This document shows, in pieces, positions 55,966 to 64,000 of a DNA stretch of 64,000 nt. This stretch comes from Eledone cirrhosa (Eukaryota), in assembly GCA_964016885.1 (NCBI GenBank), contig OZ024741.1, forward strand, positions 136,524,001 through 136,588,000, read 5' to 3'. Positions within the stretch are counted from its first letter, which is position 1; each line of letters starts with the position of its first letter. A program made the position numbers and the translations under genes. Under the pieces are notes generated by a model. That model made no database searches. It was not told the DNA's origin and saw only the letters and a list, made by a program, of their open reading frames with translations.

Positions 55966-57288
55966 TATTTTTCATTATATGACTGGAGCCCTCTATCATG
56001 TTGTTATTTTATAATAGGATTGGGGTCAACAATCATTTTGTTTTTCATAACAGGACTGGGACCTTCTATCATGTTTTTCATAATAGGACTGGAGTTCCCT
56101 ATCATTAAAACACCACAAAAAATCTTCCTATAAAATGCTTCCTTATAGGAGGCCAACTAAACTTACAAATTATGAACTGTAAATTTCATTTTTCCCTGAA
56201 AGAGTCCCTATTCCTGCTTGATAAAGATGGTCTGAAGCATTTTGATAAAACACTGTTGATTGAATATATTTAGCTTCCAAGTGTTCTTTGTGATCCTAGA
56301 TGCTCCGAAAATCTTTAGGATGGTCACAGCTGAAATATTTTTCATCAAAGGTCTGTTCGGTCAAGGCTGACTTCAAGATTAAAAACAAGACTAACCAAAT
56401 AATCAGTAATTGAAGGAGATTAAACATGGTCGCTAAAACTGCTAGAAATAGCAGCCAAATCTCTCTCACTTCATGAACATTTGTTTGTGTGTGTGTGGGG
56501 GGGTGGCAAAACAAGGACATATTGGATAGCATTAATATGAAATAAACTATATCTGAAAAGATGTGATGATCACATTTAGAATGCGTTTGATGAAAGGTTT
56601 GCTCAACTGTGAATGCCTTAGTGTTAAACAACAACAACAACAACAACAACTGAATTACGTCCTCTTTGATCGAGACCGCTAATTACAGAAGGCAATCAAT
56701 AAACCCCAGCTTTTAGTTTTTAATTATAAGGCTTTTCAATGAAAGGGATTTATTAAAATCAATATGTTCATTTAATTTAATTTAAACTGTCGATCTGTAG
56801 ATATTGTTGTTTTTACAGATGGGGTGGGGTACGTCATCAATAGAAACCAAGAGACAAGGTCACTGGCTGTTATTGTTGTTGTTGTGGATGCAACATATTG
56901 TAGATCAACACCACATGTGTGACCTCCCTTGCAGTAAAGGGTACACTTGAAAAGAATTATGACTGTGAGCCCATACAAATCCAAATGGCCGGAACCGCAG
57001 GAAAGGATACACGTGAAAAGAATTATGATTGAGAATTATGACTGTCAGCCCACACAAATTTAAATATCCTGAACCTTAAAGGTTTTAATAATGTTTTTCT
57101 CATATATGTAAGATCGGAGTTTTTCAATTCACTATGTTACATCTCTGAGATCCTATAGTATGTGTAGGAGGCTACTCTGAGATATCAACCACACTTCATT
57201 TAGTTCTATTGTAGACATTCATAACTACCGTTACTATATTCCTTCAATTCCTATATACACTCATCATCTGTAAGGCTTGCCAACTGTG

Positions 57289-57328
<40 letters not shown>

Positions 57329-57389
57329 GTAGAACACTGGAAGGTAATATCCGTAGTGGTAGAGCACTCAGTCCATGGGACGAGTTAGG

Positions 57390-57549
57390 TAGAAGTGGTT
57401 ACACAAAAGTTAGTTCACCATACCGAGAACAATTGTTTCACCTTAGCGAATCCTCAGCTCGTAATGGACGTCCATTACGAGCTGAGGATCCGCTAAGGTG
57501 AAACAATTGTTCTCGGTATGGTGAACTAACTTTTGTGTAACCACTTCTA
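57390..57549. repeat. Loopless 160-bp palindrome containing a minimal hammerhead-like motif on each strand
   Basis: Centre ggac|gtcc at 57469/57470; one mismatch; CTGAGGA 57482, GAAA 57500, stem III caattg. Confidence 0.9.
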
Positions 57550-57821
57550 TATCAGATCAGAGCAAACATCACGGACGATCTATCTCAAAATTTTTTTTGA
57601 AAAGCATTTAGAAATGTGCAACCGGTAAAACTTAGAACCGAAACTGAATACTAACCAATACAATTACTAATTCTCATTTATTCCTAATTAAACTATTTTT
57701 CGCTGTGAACAATTTGTCAGCATTTTCTATTCCGTTTACCAATATATAATAACTTGTGTGTTACACATCTATTCTTTTAACTATATATATATATAGATAT
57801 ATATATAGATAGATATATATA

Positions 57822-58027
57822 TATAAAGAATGAATAATAACAGGTAGACATCATAAAAAGGTAATTTATTCCGTGTGCTTACAAATGTTTCCACGGTGGT
57901 AATACAGCCTAGTTATGCTATGTGCAAATTTACAACTATTTGCAGAACTCAAATATCAAATGCTGTGACCACTGTATCCTGGGATACCTTTTTATGATGT
58001 CTACCTGTTATTATTCATTTTTTATAT
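57822..58027. repeat. Inverted repeat, ~42-bp arms with ~120-bp spacer
   Basis: aatgaataataacaggtagacatcataaaaaggta versus tacctttttatgatgtctacctgttattattcatt. Confidence 0.85.
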
Positions 58028-58167
58028 ACACTCCGGAATACAGAAGGATCAGGAACTAAGTTTCTTCAACAATTCTTCCATAACTCGTAGAGTAACCTCT
58101 CACCGTACGTCAACCATATCCACTGTAGTAATTAACCATTACTACATCTAGGATAATCATATACCTA

Positions 58168-58229
<62 letters not shown>

Positions 58230-59221
58230 GCCGTATTAACCAGTTGCCGGACTGTAGGCCTTCGGGTATTTCGGACTCCTCTGGCACTTTGATGACTCAC
58301 CCCACTACAATAAAAAAATAAATTAAATTACATGTACAGTCTGATGGGGTTATGGCTGTTTGGAAACCCATCTGATGGGCTTCCAAACAATCTCCGCCTA
58401 CCCTTCACAATGATTGCGAAGCGAGCTTCTGAACCATTCAACTATGTTGCATCCACAACAACAGCAACAACAACAGTAACGACGACAACAACAGCAAACA
58501 CAACAATGACAACAACAACAATAACAACAGCAGCAGTAACAACAACAATGACAACTACAACTACAAGAACAATATCAACAGCAATCACAATAGCAGTAGC
58601 AACAGAAGAAGAAGCAGCAGTAGCAGATATATAATCAATGATACTGTGATCTGCTTTGATCGATGATTGTTCTCTTAAAACTAGGAAATGCTGAATATTT
58701 ATTATTCTGTCAAAATTCTACTTGGTTGCTTGGTCTACTAGAAACATCAGCCAAGTCTCCCTCAAAACATACATAACCATTGTTCTTTTGAAAAAAATAT
58801 CTATTGGATAATGTAGTCTGAGGTACACTTATATATGAAAAGTATATGACTATCTATAGTCATGGCTGGAATGTCTTTCATCATAGTTTAATCATAGGTA
58901 GGTCTACCTCGTTACGAGGCTGACATGGAATCAAACCATATACGTGGTATCTTGGACAAGTGAGTTTACTATAGACTCAGGTGCAATGGAACCTGCATAG
59001 AAGCCCATCGATGGGTTGTATTGGTATCCGAATGTCGAGCCTTGAACGTACGGTAAACACGCTGATTCAGCTGGGAGGTTACGTTAAGGGTACACGTGTC
59101 TGTGGAATACTCAACTACTTATACTTTAATTCACAAGATAAGCCGTCAGGTTATTCAACAACTTAATACTTAGTGTCGAAATCGATGGCCAATCCTTCAA
59201 TTGGAATCAAATGCTGCTGAG

Positions 59222-62200
59222 TAATGTTGTCTGTGGTACAGTTATAATAATGTTGTCTGTGGTACAGTTATAATAATGTAGACTGTAGTGCAGTTATAAT
59301 AATGTAGACAGTGGTACAGTTATAATAATGTAGTCTGTTGTACAGTTATAATAATGTAGTCTGGGGTACAGTTATAATAATGTAGACTGTGGTACAGTTA
59401 TAATAATTTAGTCTGTGGTACAGTTATAATAATGTAGTCTGTGGTACAGTTATAATAATGTAGTCTGTTGTACAGTTATAATAATGTAGACTGTGGTACA
59501 GTTATAATAATGTAGACTGTGGTACAGTTATAATAATGTAGTCTGTTGTACAGTTATAATAATGTAGACTGTGGTACAGTTATAATAATGTAGTCTGTTG
59601 TACAGTTATAATAATGTAGACTGTGGTACAGTTATAATAATGTAGTCTGTGGTACAGTTATAATAATTTAGTCTGTGGTACAGTTATAATAATGTAGTCT
59701 GTGGTACAGTTATAATAATGTAGTCTGTGGTACAGTTATAATAATGTAGAATGTGGTACAGTTATAATAATGTAGTCTGTGGTACAGTTATAATAATGTA
59801 GTCTGGGGTACAGTTATAATAATGTAGACTGTGGTACAGTTATAATAATTTAGTCTGTGGTACAGTTATAATAATGTAGTCTGTGGTACAGTTATAATAA
59901 TGTAGAATGTGGTACAGTTATAATAATGTAGTCTGTAATACAGTTATAATAATGTAGACTGTGGTACAGTTATAATAATGTAGTCTGTTGTACAGTTATA
60001 ATAATGTAGTCTGGGGTACAGTTATAATAATGTAGTCTGTGGTACAGTTATAATAATGTAGTCTGTGGTACAGTTATAATAATGTAGTCTGTGGTACAGT
60101 TATAATAATGTAGTCTGTGGTACAGATATAATAATGTAGACTTTTGTACAGTTATAATAATGTAGACTGTGGTACAGTTATATTAATGTAGTCTGTGGTA
60201 CAGTTATAATAATGTAGTCTGTGGTACAGTTATAATAATGTAGTCTGTGGTACAGATATAATAATGTAGACTTTTGTACAGTTATAATAATGTAGACTGT
60301 GGTACAGTTATAGTAATGTAGACTGTGGTACAGTTATAATAATGTAGACTGTGGTACAGTTATAATAAGGTAGACTGTAATACAGTTATAATAATGTAGA
60401 CTGTGGTACAGTTATAATAATGTAGTCTGTGGTACAGTTATAATAATGTAGACTTTTGTACAGTTATAATAATGTAGTCTGTGGTACAGTTATAATAATG
60501 TAGACTGTGGTACAGTTATAATAATGGAGTCTGTGGTACAGTTATAATAATGTTGTCTGTGGTACAGTTATAATAATGTTGTCTGTGGTACAGTTATAAT
60601 AATGTAGACTGTAGTGCAGTTATAATAATGTAGACAGTGGTACAGTTATAATAATGTAGTCTGTTGTACAGTTATAATAATGTAGTCTGGGGTACAGTTA
60701 TAATAATGTAGACTGTGGTACAGTTATAATAATTTAGTCTGTGGTACAGTTATAATAATGTAGTCTGTGGTACAGTTATAATAATGTAGTCTGTTGTACA
60801 GTTATAATAATGTAGACTGTGGTACAGTTATAATAATGTAGACTGTGGTACAGTTATAATAATGTAGTCTGTTGTACAGTTATAATAATGTAGACTGTGG
60901 TACAGTTATAATAATGTAGTCTGTTGTACAGTTATAATAATGTAGACTGTGGTACAGTTATAATAATGTAGTCTGTGGTACAGTTATAATAATTTAGTCT
61001 GTGGTACAGTTATAATAATGTAGTCTGTGGTACAGTTATAATAATGTAGTCTGTGGTACAGTTATAATAATGTAGAATGTGGTACAGTTATAATAATGTA
61101 GTCTGTGGTACAGTTATAATAATGTAGTCTGGGGTACAGTTATAATAATGTAGACTGTGGTACAGTTATAATAATTTAGTCTGTGGTACAGTTATAATAA
61201 TGTAGTCTGTGGTACAGTTATAATAATGTAGAATGTGGTACAGTTATAATAATGTAGTCTGTAATACAGTTATAATAATGTAGACTGTGGTACAGTTATA
61301 ATAATGTAGTCTGTTGTACAGTTATAATAATGTAGTCTGGGGTACAGTTATAATAATGTAGTCTGTGGTACAGTTATAATAATGTAGTCTGTGGTACAGT
61401 TATAATAATGTAGTCTGTGGTACAGTTATAATAATGTAGTCTGTGGTACAGTTATAATAATGTAGTCTGGGGTACAGTTATAATAATGTAGTCTGGGGTA
61501 CAGTTATAATAATGTAGTCTGTGGTACAGTTATAATAATGTAGTCTGGGGTACAGTTATAATAATGTAGTCTGTTGTACAGTTATAATAATGTAGACTGT
61601 GGTACAGTTATAATAATTTAGTCTGTGGTACAGTAATAATAATGGAGTCTGTGGTACAGTTATAATAATGTAGACTGTAATACAGTTATAATAATGTAGA
61701 CTGTGGTACAGTTATATTAATGTAGTCTGTGGTACAGTTATAATAATGTAGTCTGTGGTACAGATATAATAATGTAGTCTGTGGTACAGTTATAATAATG
61801 TAGTCTGTGGTACAGATATAATAATGTAGACTTTTGTACAGTTATAATAATGTAGACTGTGGTACAGTTATATTAATGTAGTCTGTGGTACAGTTATAAT
61901 AATGTAGTCTGTGGTACAGTTATAATAATGTAGTCTGTGGTACAGATATAATAATGTAGACTTTTGTACAGTTATAATAATGTAGACTGTGGTACAGTTA
62001 TAGTAATGTAGACTGTGGTACAGTTATAATAATGTAGACTGTGGTACAGTTATAATAAGGTAGACTGTAATACAGTTATAATAATGTAGACTGTGGTACA
62101 GTTATAATAATGTAGTCTGTGGTACAGTTATAATAATGTAGACTTTTGTACAGTTATAATAATGTAGTCTGTGGTACAGTTATAATAATGTAGACTGTGG

Positions 62201-64000
62201 TACAGTTATAATAATGGAGTCTGTGGTACAGTTATAATAATGTAGACTGTAATACAGTTATAATAATGTAGACTGTGGTACAGTTATAATAATGTAGACT
62301 GTGGTACAGTTATAATAATGTAGACTTTTGTACAGTTATAATAATGTAGTCTGTGGTACAGTTATAATAATGTAGACTGTGGTACAGTTATAATAATGTA
62401 GACTGTAATACAGTTATAATAATGTAGACTTTTGTACAGTTATAATAATGTAGTCTGTGGTACAGTTATAATAATGTAGACTGTGGTACAGTTATAATAA
62501 TGGAGTCTGTGGTACAGTTATAATAATGTAGACTGTAATACAGTTATAATAATGTAGACTGTGGTACAGTTATAATAATGTAGACTGTGGTACAGTTATA
62601 ATAATGTAGACTGTGGTACAGTTATAATAATGTAGACTGTAATACAGTTATAATAATGTAGACTGTGGTACAGTTATAATAATGTAGTCTGTGGTACAGT
62701 TATAATAATGTAGTCTGTGGTACAGTTATAATAATGTAGTCTGTGGTACAGTTATAGTAATGTAGTCTGTGGTACAGTTATAATAATGTAGACTGTTGTA
62801 CAGTTATAATAATGTAGACTGTAATACAGTTATAATAATGTAGTCTGTGGTACAGTTATAGTAATGTAGTCTGTGGTACAGTTATAATAATGTAGACTGT
62901 TGTACAGTTATAGTAATGTAGACTGTGGTACAGTTATAATAATGTAGACTGTGGTACAATTATAATAATGTAGTCTGTGGTACAGTTATAATAATGTAGT
63001 CTGTTGTACAGTTATAATAATGTAGACTGTGGTACAGTTATAATAATGTAGACTGTGGTACAGTTATAATAATGTAGACTGTAATACAGTTATAATAATG
63101 TAGACTGTGGTACAGTTTTAATAATGTAGTCTGTGGTACAGTTATAATAATGTAGTCTGTGGTACAGTTATAATAATGTAGTCTGTGGTACAGTTATAAT
63201 AATGTAGACTGTGGTACAGTTATAATAATTTAGACTGTGGTACAGTTATAATAATGTAGAATGTGGTACAGTTATAATAATGTAGTCTGTGGTACAGTTA
63301 TAATAATGTAGACTGTGGTACAGTTATAATAATGTCGACTGTAATACAGTTATAATAATGTAGACTGTAATACAGTTATAATAATGTAGTCTGTTGTAGA
63401 GTTATAATAATGTAGACTGTGGTACAGTTATAATAATGTAGTCTGTGGTACAGTTATAATAATTTAGACTGTGGTACAGTTATAATAATGTAGAGTGTGG
63501 TACAGATATAATAATGTAGTCTGTTGTACAGTTATAATAATGTAAACTATAATACAGTTATAATGATGTAGACTGTAATACAGTTATAATAATGTAGTCT
63601 GTTGTACAGTTATAATAATGTAGACTGTGGTACAGTTATAATAATGTAGACTGTGGTACAGTTATAATAATGTAGTCTGTTGTACAGTTATAATAATGTA
63701 GACTGTGGTACAGTTATAATAATGTAGACTGTGGTACAGTTATAATAATGTAGTCTGGGGTACAGTTATAATAATGTAGTCTGTTGTACAGTTATAATAA
63801 TATAGTCTGTGGTACAGTTATAATAATGTAGACTGTGGTACAGTTATAGTAATGTAGACAGTGGTACAGTTATAATAATGTAGACTGTTGTACAGTTATA
63901 ATAATGTAGTCTGGGGTACAGTTATAATAATGTAGTCTGTTGTACAGTTATAATAATGTAGTCTGGGGTACAGTTATAATAATATAGACTGTGGTACAGT
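59222..64000 (+). repeat. 26-bp satellite (consensus TATAATAATGTAG[T/A]CTGTGGTACAGT), ~184 copies, runs off window end
   Basis: Strict 26-bp period (e.g. tgttgtc at 59225 and 59251), with substitution variants. Confidence 0.97.

Noticed and set aside
58332-58634. Thr-rich ORF
   Set aside because: Degenerate (ACA/GCA)n trinucleotide tract with no other coding evidence.
59222-64000. CRISPR-like periodic array
   Set aside because: Contiguous 26-bp monomers with no unique spacers and no cas genes; eukaryotic satellite.

Overview
Eukaryotic, AT-rich, microsatellite-dense animal DNA with no recognisable host gene; the SINE and dispersed-repeat families resemble those I associate with octopus/cephalopod genomes (inference). 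The window is a transposon nest: four full-length, mutually divergent Tx1-like (L1 clade) non-LTR retrotransposons (two on + in (ATT)n, two on - in (ATCT)n), a 5'-truncated R4/Dong-type RLE element in (TACA)n, an RTE fragment and two bipartite RTE-derived non-autonomous elements, a decayed Helitron carrying two SINEs, a Penelope-like GIY-YIG element, several hammerhead-ribozyme motifs in long inverted repeats, and a 26-bp satellite running off the right end. Main observation: in all four Tx1-like elements ORF2 is bracketed by a perfect 5' splice site (AG|GTAAGT) at the end of ORF1 and a candidate 3' splice site formed by the ORF2 stop codon (YTGTAG). This suggests that ORF2 sits inside a spliceosomal intron. 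Most of the supplied short ORFs are microsatellite artefacts.
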